A stretch of 64,000 bases of DNA, from positions 62,001 to 126,000 of the forward strand of contig CATNEN010000019.1 in NCBI GenBank assembly GCA_950097015.1, read 5' to 3'. Position numbers and translations under genes: made by a program. Below, in pieces: positions 15,001 through 30,000 of this stretch. This DNA comes from Macrostomum hystrix (taxonomy: Eukaryota > Animalia > Platyhelminthes). The notes beneath the pieces are model-generated. The model ran no database searches. It was not told where the DNA came from and saw only the letters and a list, made by a program, of their open reading frames with translations. How positions within the stretch are numbered: position 1 is the first letter of the stretch; each line of letters begins with the position of its first letter.

Positions 15001-18000
15001 AGGCTTTCACAGGTCTAGCTTCTTGCTTGACAATGAAGAGTTTTAAGAACAATTAAAGCACATTGACCGCGCTCTTGGCAAGTGCTGCTTGCAAGGAGTG
15101 CGTTTCGCTGCTAATTCAACACAGAGTATTGGCGCTGATGGCAATTTGCTGGATTGAAAAATGTGTTTAACATTACCAGCACTCACAGTGTGCAGGAAGA
15201 TGGCAATGCAGGGCCGACATCGAGCTTGCGCTACACATAAGTTCCAGCTAGCTTTTCTCATGAATCGTAGTTTGCTGCTTTATTAGCACTTGATATAGGC
15301 TTTCACACGTCTAGCTTCTTGCTTGACAATAAAGAGTTTTAAGAACAATTAAAGCACATTTTACGCGCTCAAGAACAGCTTGGCGCGTGCTGCTTGCAAG
15401 GAGTGCGTTTCGCTGCTAATTCAGCACAGAGTATTGGCGCTGATGGCAATTTGCTGGATTGAAAAATGTGTTTAACATTACCAGCACTCACAGTGTGCAG
15501 GAAGATGGCAATGCAGGGCGGACATCGAGCTTGCGCTACACAAGTTCCAGCTTGCTTTTCTCATGAATCGTAGTTTGCTGATTTATTAGCACTTGATATA
15601 GGCTTTCACAGGTCTAGCTTCTTGCTTGACAATAAAGAGTTTTAAGAACAATTAAAGCACATTTTACGCGCTCAAGAACAGCTTGGCGCGTGCTGCTTGC
15701 AAGGAGTGCGTTTCGCTTCTAATTCAGCACAGAGTATTGGCGCTGATGGCAATTTGCTGGATTGAAAAATGTGTTTAACATTACCAGCACTCACAGTGTG
15801 CAGGAAGATGGCAATGCAGGGCCGACATCGAGCTTGCGCTATATATAAGTTCCAGCTAGCTTTTCTCATGAATCGTAGTATGTTGCTAAAAAAGCACTTA
15901 AAACAGGCTTTCACAGGTCTAGCTTCTTGCTTGACAATGAAGAGTTTTAAGAACAATTAAAGCACATTTTACGCGCTCAAGAACAGCTTGGCGCGTGCTG
16001 CTAAGCAAGGAGTGCGTTTCGCTGCTAATTCAGCACAGAGTATTGGCGCTGATGGCAATTTGCTGGATTGAAAAATGTGTTTAACATTACCAGCATTCAC
16101 AGTGTGCAGTAAGATGGCAATGCAGGGCCGACATCGAGCTTGCGCTACACATAAGTTCCAGCTAGCTTTTCTCATGAATCGTAGTTTGCTGCTTAATTAG
16201 CACTTAATACAGGCTTTCACAGGTCTAGCTTCTTGCTTGACAATGAAGAGTTTTAAGAACAATTAAAGCACATTGACCGCGCTCTTGGCAAGTGCTGCTT
16301 GCAAGGAGTGCGTTTCGCTGCTAATTCAACAGAGTATTGGCGCTGATGGCAATTTGCTGGATTGAAAAATGTGTTTAACATTACCAGCACTCACAGTGTG
16401 CAGTAAGATGGCAATGCAGGAAAAACATCGAAGTGTGCGCTGTATATAAGTTCCAGCTAGCTTTTCTCATGAATCGTAGTTTGCTGCTTTATTAGCACTT
16501 GATATAGGCTTTCACAGGTCTAGCTTCTTGCTTGACAATGAAGAGTTTTAAGAACAATTAAAGCACATTTTACGCGCTCAAGAACAGCTTGGCGCGTGCT
16601 GCTTGCAAGGAGTGCGTTTCGCTGCTAATTCAGCACAGAGTATTGGCGCTGATGGCAATTTGCTGGATTGAAAAATGTGTTTAACATTACCAGCACTCAC
16701 AGTGTGCAGGAAGATGGCAATGCAGGGCGGACATCGAGCTTGCGCTACACATAAGTTCCAGCTTGCTTTTCTCATGAATCGTAGTTTGCTGATTTATTAG
16801 CACTTGATATAGGCTTTCACAGGTCTAGCTTCTTGCTTGACAATAAAGAGTTTTAAGAACAATTAAAGCACATTTTACGCGCTCAAGAACAGCTTGGCGC
16901 GTGCTGCTTGCAAGGAGTGCGTTTCGCTGCTAATTCAGCACAGAGTATTGGCGCTGATGGCAATTTGCTGGATTGAAAAATGTGTTTAACATTACCAGCA
17001 CTCACAGTGTGCAGGAAGATGGCAATGCAGGGCCGACATCGAGCTTGCGCTATATATAAGTTCCAGCTAGCTTTTCTCATGAATCGTAGTTTGCTGCTTT
17101 ATTAGCACTTGATATAGGCTTTCACAGGTCTAGCTTCTTGCTTGACAATGAAGAGTTTTAAGAACAATTAAAGCACATTGACCGCGCTCTTGGCAAGTGC
17201 TGCTTGCAAGGAGTGCGTTTCGCTGCTAATTCAACACAGAGTATTGGCGCTGATGGCAATTTGCTGGATTGAAAAATGTGTTTAACATTACCAGCACTCA
17301 CAGTGTGCAGTAAGATGGCAATGCAGGAAAAACATCGAAGTGTGCGCTGTATATAAGTTCCAGCTAGCTTTTCTCATGAATCGTAGTTTGCTGCTTTATT
17401 AGCACTTGATATAGGCTTTCACAGGTCTAGCTTCTTGCTTGACAATGAAGAGTTTTAAGAACAATTAAAGCACATTTTACGCGCTCAAGAACAGCTTGGC
17501 GCGTGCTGCTTGCAAGGAGTGCGTTTCGCTGCTAATTCAGCACAGAGTATTGGCGCTGATGGCAATTTGCTGGATTGAAAAATGTGTTTAACATTACCAG
17601 CACTCACAGTGTGCAGGAAGATGGCAATGCAGGGCCGACATCGAGCTTGCGCTACACATAAGTTCCAGCTAGCTTTTCTCATGAATCGTAGTTTGCTGAT
17701 TTATTAGCACTTGATATAGGCTTTCACAGGTCTAGCTTCTTGCTTGACAATAAAGAATTTTAAAAACAATTAAAGCACATTTTACGCGCTCAAGAACAGC
17801 TTGGCGCGTGCTGCTTGCAAGGAGTGCGTTTCGCTGCTAATTCAGCACAGAGTATTGGCGCTGATGGCAATTTGCTGGATTGAAAAATGTGTTTAACATT
17901 ACCAGCACTCACAGTGTGCAGGAAGATGGCAATGCAGGGCCGACATCGAGCTTGCGCTATATATAAGTTCCAGCTAGCTTTTCTCATGAATCGTAGTTTG

Positions 18001-21000
18001 CTGCTTTATTAGCACTTGATACAGGCTTTCACAGGTCTAGCTTCTTGCTTGACAATGAAGAGTTTTAAGAACAATTAAAGCACATTGACCGCGCTCTTGG
18101 CAAGTGCTGCTTGCAAGGAGTGCGTTTCGCTGCTAATTCAACACAGAGTATTGGCGCTGATGGCAATTTGCTGGATTGAAAAATGTGTTTAACATTACCA
18201 GCACTCACAGTGTGCAGTAAGATGGCAATGCAGGAAAAACATCGAAGTGTGCGCTGTATATAAGTTCCAGCTAGCTTTTCTCATGAATCGTAGTTTGCTG
18301 CTTTATTAGCACTTGATATAGGCTTTCACAGGTCTAGCTTCTTGCTTGACAATGAAGAGTTTTAAGAACAATTAAAGCACATTTACGCGCTCAAGAACAG
18401 CTTGGCGCGTGCTGCTTGCAAGGAGTGCGTTTCGCTGCTAATTCAGCACAGAGTATTGGCGCTGATGGCAATTTGCTGGATTGAAAAATGTGTTTAACAT
18501 TACCAGCACTCACAGTGTGCAGTAAGATGGCAATGCAGGGCCGACATCGAGCTTGCGCTACACATAAGTTCCAGCTAGCTTTTCTCATGAATCGTAGTTT
18601 GCTGCTTAATTAGCACTTAATACAGGCTTTCACAGGTCTAGCTTCTTGCTTGACAATGAAGAGTTTTTAAGAACAATTAAAGCACATTGACCGCGCTCTT
18701 GGCAAGTGCTGCTTGCAAGGAGTGCGTTTCGCTGCTAATTCAACACAGAGTATTGGCGCTGATGGCAATTTGCTGGATTGAAAAATGTGTTTAACATTAC
18801 CAGCACTCACAGTGTGCAGTAAGATGGCAATGCAGGAAAAACATCGAAGTGTGCGCTGTATATAAGTTCCAGCTAGCTTTTCTCATGAATCGTAGTTTGC
18901 TGCTTTATTAGCACTTGATATAGGCTTTCACAGGTCTAGCTTCTTGCTTGACAATGAAGAGTTTTAAGAACAATTAAAGCACATTTTACGCGCTCAAGAA
19001 CAGCTTGGCGCGTGCTGCTTGCAAGGAGTGCGTTTCGCTGCTAATTCAGCACAGAGTATTGGCGCTGATGGCAATTTGCTGGATTGAAAAATGTGTTTAA
19101 CATTACCAGCACTCACAGTGTGCAGTAAGATGGCAATGCAGGGCGGACATCGAGCTTGCGCTACACATAAGTTCCAGCTAGCTTTTCTCATGAATCGTAG
19201 TTTGCTGATTTATTAGCACTTGATATAGGCTTTCACAGGTCTAGCTTCTTGCTTGACAATAAAGAGTTTTAAGAACAATTAAAGCACATTTTACGCGCTC
19301 AAGAACAGCTTGGCGCGTGCTGCTTGCAAGGAGTGCGTTTCGCTGCTAATTCAGCACAGAGTATTGGCGCTGATGGCAATTTGCTGGATTGAAAAATGTG
19401 TTTAACATTACCAGCACTCACAGTGTGCAGGAAGATGGCAATGCAGGGCCGACATCGAGCTTGCGCTACACATAAGTTCCAGCTAGCTTTTCTCATGAAT
19501 CGTAGTTTGCTGATTTATTAGCACTTGATATAGGCTTTCACAGGTCTAGCTTCTTGCTTGACAATAAAGAATTTTAAAAACAATTAAAGCACATTTTACG
19601 CGCTCAAGAACAGCTTGGCGCGTGCTGCTTGCAAGGAGTGCGTTTCGCTGCTAATTCAGCACAGAGTATTGGCGCTGATGGCAATTTGCTGGATTGAAAA
19701 ATGTGTTTAACATTACCAGCACTCACAGTGTGCAGGAAGATGGCAATGCAGGGCCGACATCGAGCTTGCGCTATATATAAGTTCCAGCTAGCTTTTCTCA
19801 TGAATCGTAGTTTGCTGCTTTATTAGCACTTGATATAGGCTTTCACAGGTCTAGCTTCTTGCTTGACAATGAAGATTTTTAAGAACAATTAAAGCACATT
19901 GACCGCGCTCTTGGCAAGTGCTGCTTGCAAGGAGTGCGTTTCGCTGCTAATTCAACACAGAGTATTGGCGCTGATGGCAATTTGCTGGATTGAAAAATGT
20001 GTTTAACATTACCAGCACTCACAGTGTGCAGTAAGATGGCAATGCAGGAAAAACATCGAAGTGTGCGCTGTATATAAGTTCCAGCTAGCTTTTCTCATGA
20101 ATCGTAGTTTGCTGCTTTATTAGCACTTGATATAGGCTTTCACAGGTCTAGCTTCTTGCTTGACAATGAAGAGTTTTAAGAACAATTAAAGCACATTTTA
20201 CGCGCTCAAGAACAGCTTGGCGCGTGCTGCTTGCAAGGAGTGCGTTTCGCTGCTAATTCAGCACAGAGTATTGGCGCTGATGGCAATTTGCTGGATTGAA
20301 AAATGTGTTTAACATTACCAGCACTCACAGTGTGCAGGAAGATGGCAATGCAGGGCGGACATCGAGCTTGCGCTACACATAAGTTCCAGCTTGCTTTTCT
20401 CATGAATCGTAGTTTGCTGATTTATTAGCACTTGATACAGGCTTTCACAGGTCTAGCTTCTTGCTTGACAATAAAGAGTTTTAAGAACAATTAAAGCACA
20501 TTTTACGCGCTCAAGAACAGCTTGGCGCGTGCTGCTTGCAAGGAGTGCGTTTCGCTGCTAATTCAGCACAGAGTATTGGCGCTGATGGCAATTTGCTGGA
20601 TTGAAAAATGTGTTTAACATTACCAGCACTCACAGTGTGCAGGAAGATGGCAATGCAGGGCCGACATCGAGCTTGCGCTATATATAAGTTCCAGCTAGCT
20701 TTTCTCATGAATCGTAGTATGTTGCTAAAAAAGCACTTAAAACAGGCTTTCACAGGTCTAGCTTCTTGCTTGACAATGAAGAGTTTTAAGAACAATTAAA
20801 GCACATTTTACGCGCTCAAGAACAGCTTGGCGCGTGCTGCTTGCAAGGAGTGCGTTACGCTGCTAATTCAGCACAGAGTATTGGCGCTGATGGCAATTTG
20901 CTGGATTGAAAAATGTGTTTAACATTACCAGCACTCACAGTGTGCAGGACGATGGCATTGCAGGGCCGACATCCAGCTTGCGCTACACATAAGTTCCAGC

Positions 21001-24000
21001 TAGCTTTCTCATGAATCGTAGTTTGCTGCTTTATTAGCACTTGATACAGGCTTTCACAGGTCTAGCTTCTTGCTTGACAATGAAGAGTTTTAAGAACAAT
21101 TAAAGCACATTGACCGCGCTCTTGGCAAGTGCTGCTTGCAAGGAGTGCGTTTCGCTGCTAATTCAACACAGAGTATTGGCGCTGATGGCAATTTGCTGGA
21201 TTGAAAAATGTGTTTAACATTACCAGCACTCACAGTGTGCAGTAAGATGGCAATGCAGGAAAAACATCGAAGTGTGCGCTGTATATAAGTTCCAGCTAGC
21301 TTTTCTCATGAATCGTAGTTTGCTGCTTTATTAGCACTTGATATAGGCTTTCACAGGTCTAGCTTCTTGCTTGACAATGAAGAGTTTTAAGAACAATTAA
21401 AGCACATTTTACGCGCTCAAGAACAGCTTGGCGCGTGCTGCTTGCAAGGAGTGCGTTTCGCTGCTAATTCAGCACAGAGTATTGGCGCTGATGGCAATTT
21501 GCTGGATTGAAAAATGTGTTTAACATTACCAGCACTCACAGTGTGCAGGAAGATGGCAATGCAGGGCGGACATCGAGCTTGCGCTACACATAAGTTCCAG
21601 CTTGCTTTTCTCATGAATCGTAGTTTGCTGATTTATTAGCACTTGATACAGGCTTTCACAGGTCTAGCTTCTTGCTTGACAATAAAGAGTTTTAAGAACA
21701 ATTAAAGCACATTTTACGCGCTCAAGAACAGCTTGGCGCGTGCTGCTTGCAAGGAGTGCGTTTCGCTGCTAATTCAGCACAGAGTATTGGCGCTGATGGC
21801 AATTTGCTGGATTGAAAAATGTGTTTAACATTACCAGCACTCACAGTGTGCAGGAAGATGGCAATGCAGGGCCGACATCGAGCTTGCGCTATATATAAGT
21901 TCCAGCTAGCTTTTCTCATGAATCGTAGTATGTTGCTAAAAAAGCACTTAAAACAGGCTTTCACAGGTCTAGCTTCTTGCTTGACAATGAAGAGTTTTAA
22001 GAACAATTAAAGCACATTTTACGCGCTCAAGAACAGCTTGGCGCGTGCTGCTAAGCAAGGAGTGCGTTTCGCTGCTAATTCAACACAGAATATTGGCGCT
22101 GATGGCAATTTGCTGGATTGAAAAATGTGTTTAACATTACCAGCACTCACAGTGTGCAGGAAGATGGCAATGCAGGAAAAACATCGAAGTGTGCGCTGTA
22201 TATAAGTTCCAGCTAGCTTTTCTCATGAATCGTAGTTTGCTGCTTTATTAGCACTTGATACAGGCTTTCACAGGTCTAGCTTCTTGCTTGACAATGAAGA
22301 GTTTTAAGAACAATTAAAGCACATTTTACGCGCTCAAGAACAGCTTGGCGCGTGCTGCTTGCAAGGAGTGCGTTTCGCTGCTAATTCAGCACAGAGTATT
22401 GGCGCTGATGGCAATTTGCTGGATTGAAAAATGTGTTTAACATTACCAGCACTCACAGTGTGCAGGAAGATGGCAATGCAGGGCGGACATCGAGCTTGCG
22501 CTACACATAAGTTCCAGCTAGCTTTTCTCATGAATCGTAGTTTGCTGCTTTATTAGCACTTGATACAGGCTTTCACAGGTCTAGCTTCTTGCTTGACAAT
22601 GAAGAGTTTTAAGAACAATTAAAGCAGCTTTTACGCGCTTAAGAACAGCTTGGCGCGTGCTGCTTGCAAGGAGTGCGTTTCGCTACTAATTCAGCACAGA
22701 GTATTGGCGCTGATGGCAATTTGCTGGATTGAAAAATGTGTTTAACATTACCAGCACTCACAGTGTGCAGTAAGATGGCAATGCAGGGCCGACATCGAGC
22801 TTGCGCTACACATAAGTTCCAGCTAGCTTTTCTCATGAATCGTAGTTTGCTGCTTAATTAGCACTTAATACAGGCTTTCACAGGTCTAGCTTCTTGCTTG
22901 ACAATGAAGAGTTTTAAGAACAATTAAAGCACATTGACCGCGCTCTTGGCAAGTGCTGCTTGCAAGGAGTGCGTTTCGCTGCTAATTCAGCACAGAGTAT
23001 TGGCGCTGATGGCAATTTGCTGGATTGAAAAATGTGTTTAACATTACCAGCACTCACAGTGTGCAGGAAGATGGCAATGCAGGGCGGACATCGAGCTTGC
23101 GCTACACATAAGTTCCAGCTAGCTTTTCTCATGAATCGTAGTTTGCTGATTTATTAGCACTTGATATAGGCTTTCACAGGTCTAGCTTCTTGCTTGACAA
23201 TAAAGAGTTTTAAGAACAATTAAAGCACATTTTACGCGCTCAAGAACAGCTTGGCGCGTGCTGCTTGCAAGGAGTGCGTTACGCTGCTAATTCAGCACAG
23301 AGTATTGGCGCTGATGGCAATTTGCTGGATTGAAAAATGTGTTTAACATTACCAGCACTCACAGTGTGCAGGACGATGGCATTGCAGGGCCGACATCCAG
23401 CTTGCGCTACACATAAGTTCCAGCTAGCTTTTCTCATGAATCGTAGTTTGCTGCTTTATTAGCACTTGATACAGGCTTTCACAGGTCTAGCTTCTTGCTT
23501 GACAATGAAGAGTTTTAAGAACAATTAAAGCACATTGACCGCGCTCTTGGCAAGTGCTGCTTGCAAGGAGTGCGTTTCGCTGCTAATTCAACACAGAGTA
23601 TTGGCGCTGATGGCAATTTGCTGGATTGAAAAATGTGTTTAACATTACCAGCACTCACAGTGTGCAGTAAGATGGCAATGCAGGAAAAACATCGAAGTGT
23701 GCGCTGTATATAAGTTCCAGCTAGCTTTTCTCATGAATCGTAGTTTGCTGCTTTATTAGCACTTGATATAGGCTTTCACAGGTCTAGCTTCTTGCTTGAC
23801 AATGAAGAGTTTTAAGAACAATTAAAGCACATTTTACGCGCTCAAGAACAGCTTGGCGCGTGCTGCTTGCAAGGAGTGCGTTTCGCTGCTAATTCAGCAC
23901 AGAGTATTGGCGCTGATGGCAATTTGCTGGATTGAAAAATGTGTTTAACATTACCAGCACTCACAGTGTGCAGGAAGATGGCAATGCAGGGCGGACATCG

Positions 24001-27000
24001 AGCTTGCGCTACACATAAGTTCCAGCTTGCTTTTCTCATGAATCGTAGTTTGCTGATTTATTAGCACTTGATACAGGCTTTCACAGGTCTAGCTTCTTGC
24101 TTGACAATAAAGAGTTTTAAGAACAATTAAAGCACATTTTACGCGCTCAAGAACAGCTTGGCGCGTGCTGCTTGCAAGGAGTGCGTTTCGCTGCTAATTC
24201 AGCACAGAGTATTGGCGCTGATGGCAATTTGCTGGATTGAAAAATGTGTTTAACATTACCAGCACTCACAGTGTGCAGGAAGATGGCAATGCAGGGCCGA
24301 CATCGAGCTTGCGCTATATATAAGTTCCAGCTAGCTTTTCTCATGAATCGTAGTATGTTGCTAAAAAAGCACTTAAAACAGGCTTTCACAGGTCTAGCTT
24401 CTTGCTTGACAATGAAGAGTTTTAAGAACAATTAAAGCACATTTTACGCGCTCAAGAACAGCTTGGCGCGTGCTGCTAAGCAAGGAGTGCGTTTCGCTGC
24501 TAATTCAACACAGAATATTGGCGCTGATGGCAATTTGCTGGATTGAAAAATGTGTTTAACATTACCAGCACTCACAGTGTGCAGTAAGATGGCAATGCAG
24601 GAAAAACATCGAAGTGTGCGCTGTATATAAGTTCCAGCTAGCTTTTCTCATGAATCGTAGTTTGCTGCTTTATTAGCACTTGATATAGGCTTTCACAGGT
24701 CTAGCTTCTTGCTTGACAATGAAGAGTTTTAAGAACAATTAAAGCACATTTTACGCGCTCAAGAACAGCTTGGCGCGTGCTGCTTGCAAGGAGTGCGTTT
24801 CGCTGCTAATTCAGCACAGAGTATTGGCGCTGATGGCAATTTGCTGGATTGAAAAATGTGTTTAACATTACCAGCACTCACAGTGTGCAGGAAGATGGCA
24901 ATGCAGGGCGGACATCGAGCTTGCGCTACACATAAGTTCCAGCTAGCTTTTCTCATGAATCGTAGTTTGCTGCTTTATTAGCACTTGATATAGGCTTTCA
25001 CAGGTCTAGCTTCTTGCTTGACAATGAAGAGTTTTAAGAACAATTAAAGCAGCTTTTACGCGCTTAAGAACAGCTTGGCGCGTGCTGCTTGCAAGGAGTG
25101 CGTTTCGCTACTAATTCAGCACAGAGCATTGGCGCTGATGGCAATTTGCTGGATTGAAAAATGTGTTTAACATTACCAGCACTCACAGTGTGCAGGAAGA
25201 TGGCAATGAAGGGCCGACATCAAGCTTGCGCTTCACATAAGTTCCAGCTAGCTTTTCTCATGAATCGTAGTTTGCTGCTTAATTAGCACTTAATACAGGC
25301 TTTCACAGGTCTAGCTTTTTGCTTGACAATGAAGAGTTTTAAGAACAATTAAAGCACATTTTACGCGTTCAAGAACAGCTTGGCAAGTGCTGCTTGCAAG
25401 GAGTGCGTTTCGCTGCTAATTCAGCACAGAGTATTGGCGCTGATGGCAATTTGCTGGATTGAAAAATGTGTTTAACATTACCAGCACTCACAGTGTGCAG
25501 GAAGATGGCAATGCAGGGCCGACATCGAGCTTGCGCTATATATAAGTTCCAGCTAGCTTTTCTCATGAATCGTAGTATGTTGCTAAAAAAGCACTTAAAA
25601 CAGGCTATCACAGGTCTAGCTTCTTGCTTGACAATGAAGAGTTTTAAGAACAATTAAAGCACATTTTACGCGCTCAAGAACAGCTTGGCGCGTTCTGCTA
25701 AGCAAGGAGTGCGTTTCGCTGCTAATTCAGCACAGAGTATTGGCGCTGATGGCAATTTGCTGGATTGAAAAATGTGTTTAACATTACCAGCACTCACAGT
25801 GTGCAGTAAGATGGCAATGCAGGGCCGACATCGAGCTTGCGCTACACATAAGTTCCAGCTAGCTTTTCTCATGAATCGTAGTTTGCTGCTTAATTAGCAC
25901 TTAATACAGGCTTTCACAGGTCTAGCTTCTTGCTTGACAATGAAGAGTTTTAAGAACAATTAAAGCACATTGACCGCGCTCTTGGCAAGTGCTGCTTGCA
26001 AGGAGTGCGTTTCGCTGCTAATTCAGCACAGAGTATTGGCGCTGATGGCAATTTGCTGGATTGAAAAATGTGTTTAACATTACCAGCACTCACAGTGTGC
26101 AGGAAGATGGCAATGCAGGGCGGACATCGAGCTTGCGCTACACATAAGTTCCAGCTAGCTTTTCTCATGAATCGTAGTTTGCTGCTTACGAGTAATTAGC
26201 ACTTAATACAGGCTTTCACAGGTCTAGCTTCTTGCTTGACAATGAAGAGTTTTAAGAACAATTAAAGCACATTTTACGCGCTCAAGAACAGCTTGGCGCG
26301 TGCTGCTAAGCAAGGAGTGCGTTTCGCTGCTAATTCAGCACAGAGTATTGGCGCTGATGGCAATTTGCTGGATTGAAAAATGTGTTTAACATTACCAGCA
26401 CTCACAGTGTGCAGTAAGATGGCAATGCAGGGCCGACATCGAGCTTGCGCTACACATAAGTTCCAGCTAGCTTTTCTCATGAATCGTAGTTTGCTCCTTA
26501 ATTAGCACTTAATACAGGCTTTCACAGGTCTAGCTTCTTGGTTGACAATGAAGAGTTTTAAGAACAATTAAAGCACATTGACCGCGCTCTTGGCAAGTGC
26601 TGCTTGCAAGGAGTGCGTTTCGCTGCTAATTCAACACAGAGTATTGGCGCTGATGGCAATTTGCTGGATTGAAAAATGTGTTTAACATTACCAGCACTCA
26701 CAGTGTGCAGTAAGATGGCAATGCAGGAAAAACATCGAAGTGTGCGCTGTATATAAGTTCCAGCTAGCTTTTCTCATGAATCGTAGTTTGCTGATTTATT
26801 AGCACTTGATATAGGCTTTCACAGGTCTAGCTTCTTGCTTGACAATAAAGAGTTTTAAAAACAATTAAAGCACATTTTACACGCTCAAGAACAGCTTGGC
26901 GCGTGCTGCTTGCAAGGAGTGCGTTTCGCTGCTAATTCAGCACAGAGTATTGGCGCTGATGGCAATTTGCTGGATTGAAAAATGTGTTTAACATTACCAG

Positions 27001-30000
27001 CACTCACAGTGTGCAGGAAGATGGCAATGCAGGGCCGACATCGAGCTTGCGCTATATATAAGTTCCAGCTAGCTTTTCTCATGAATCGTAGTATGTTGCT
27101 AAAAAAGCACTTAAAACAGGCTTTCACAGGTCTAGCTTCTTGCTTGACAATGAAGAGTTTTAAGAACAATTAAAGCACATTTTACGCGCTCAAGAACAGC
27201 TTGGCGCGTGCTGCTTGCAAGGAGTGCGTTACGCTGCTAATTCAGCACAGAGTATTGGCGCTGATGGCAATTTGCTGGATTGAAAAATGTGTTTAACATT
27301 ACCAGCACTCACAGTGTGCAGGACGATGGCAATGCAGGGCCGACATCCAGCTTGCGCTACACATAAGTTCCAGCTAGCTTTTCTCATGAATCGTAGTTTG
27401 CTGCTTTATTAGCACTTGATACAGGCTTTCACAGGTCTAGCTTCTTGCTTGACAATGAAGAGTTTTAAGAACAATTAAAGCACATTTTACGCGCTCAAGA
27501 ACAGCTTGGCGCGTGCTGCTTGCAAGGAATGCGTTTCGCTGCTAATTCAGCACAGAGTATTGGCGCTGATGGCAATTTGCTGGATTGAAAAATGTGTTTA
27601 ACATTACCAGCACTCACAGTGTGCAGGAAGATGGCAATGCAGGGCGGACATCGAGCTTGCGCTACACATAAGTTCCAGCTAGCTTTTCTCATGAATCGTA
27701 GTTTGCTGATTTATTAGCACTTGATACAGGCTTTCACAGGTCTAGCTTCTTGCTTGACAATGAAGAGTTTTAAGAACAATTAAAGCACATTGACCGCGCT
27801 CTTGGCAAGTGCTGCTTCCAAGGAGTGCGTTTCGCTGCTAATTCAACACAGAGTATTGGCGCTGATGGCAATTTGCTGGATTGAAAAATGTGTTTAACAT
27901 TACCAGCACTCAAAGTGTGCAGTAAGATGGCAATGCAGGAAAAACATCGAAGTGTGCGCTGTATATAAGTTCCAGCTAGCTTTTCTCATGAATCGTAGTT
28001 TGCTGATTTATTAGCACTTGATATAGGCTTTCACAGGTCTAGCTTCTTGCTTGACAATGAAGAGTTTTAAGAACAATTAAAGCACATTGACCGCGCTCTT
28101 GGCAAGTGCTGCTTGCAAGGAGTGCGTTTCGCTGCTAATTCAACACAGAGTATTGGCGCTGATGGCAATTTGCTGGATTGAAAAATGTGTTTAACATTAC
28201 CAGCACTCAAAGTGTGCAGTAAGATGGCAATGCAGGAAAAACATCGAAGTGTGCGCTGTATATAAGTTCCAGCTAGCTTTTCTCATGAATCGTAGTTTGC
28301 TGCTTTATTAGCACTTGATACAGGCTTTCACAGGTCTAGCTTCTTGCTTGACAATGAAGAGTTTTAAGAACAATTAAAGCACATTTTACGCGCTCAAGAA
28401 CAGCTTGGCGCGTGCTGCTTGCAAGGAGTGCGTTTCGCTGCTAATTCAGCACAGAGTATTGGCGCTGATGGCAATTTGCTGGATTGAAAAATGTGTTTAA
28501 CATTACCAGCACTCACAGTGTGCAGGAAGATGGCAATGCAGGGCGGACATCGAGCTTGCGCTACACATAAGTTCCAGCTAGCTTTTCTCATGAATCGTAG
28601 TTTGCTGATTTATTAGCACTTGATATAGGCTTTCACAGGTCTAGCTTCTTGCTTGACAATAAAGAGTTTTAAGAACAATTAAAGCACATTTTACGCGCTC
28701 AAGAACAGCTTGGCGCGTGCTGCTTGCAAGGAATGCGTTTCGCTGCTAATTCAGCACAGAGTATTGGCGCTGATGGCAATTTGCTGGATTGAAAAATGTG
28801 TTTAACATTACCAGCACTCACAGTGTGCAGGAAGATGGCAATGCAGGGAAAACATCGAAGTGTGCGCTGTATATAAGTTCCAGCTAGCTTTTCTCATGAA
28901 TCGTAGTTTGCTGCTTTATTAGCACTTGATACAGGCTTTCACAGGTCTAGCTTCTTGCTTGACAATGAAGAGTTTTAAGAACAATTAAAGCACATTTTAC
29001 GCGCTCAAGAACAGCTTGGCGCGTGCTGCTTGCAAGGAGTGCGTTTAGCTACTAATTCAGCACAGAGCATTGGCGCTGATGGCAATTTGCTGGATTGAAA
29101 AATGTGTTTAACATTACCAGCACTCACAGTGTGCAGGAAGATGGCAATGCAGGGCGGACATCGAGCTTGCGCTACACATAAGTTCCAGCTAGCTTTTCTC
29201 ATGAATCGTAGTTTGCTGCTTTATTAGCACTTGATACAGGCTTTCACAGGTCTAGCTTCTTGCTTGACAATGAAGAGTTTTAAGAACAATTAAAGCACAT
29301 TGACCGCGCTCTTGGCAAGTGCTGCTTGCAAGGAGTGCGTTTCGCTGCTAATTCAACACAGAGTATTGGCGCTGATGGCAATTTGCTGGATTGAAAAATG
29401 TGTTTAACATTACCAGCACTCACAGTGTGCAGTAAGATGGCAATGCAGGAAAAACATCGAAGTGTGCGCTGTATATAAGTTCCAGCTAGCTTTTCTCATG
29501 AATCGTAGTTTGCTGATTTATTAGCACTTGATACAGGCTTTCACAGGTCTAGCTTCTTGCTTGACAATGAAGAGTTTTAAGAACAATTAAAGCACATTTT
29601 ACGCGCTCAAGAACAGCTTGGCGCGTGCTGCTTGCAAGGAGTGCGTTTCGCTGCTAATTCAGCACAGAGTATTGGCGCTGATGGCAATTTGCTGGATTGA
29701 AAAATGTGTTTAACATTACCAGCACTCACAGTGTGCAGGAAGATGGCAATGCAGGGCGGACATCGAGCTTGCGCAACACATAAGTTCCAGCTAGCTTTTC
29801 TCATGAATCGTAGTTTGCTGATTTATTAGCACTTGATACAGGCTTTCACAGGTCTAGCTTCTTGCTTGACAATAAAGAGTTTTAAGAACAATTAAAGCAC
29901 ATTGACCGCGCTCTTGGCAAGTGCTGCTTGCAAGGAGTGCGTTTCGCTGCTAATTCAACACAGAGTATTGGCGCTGATGGCAATTTGCTGGATTGAAAAA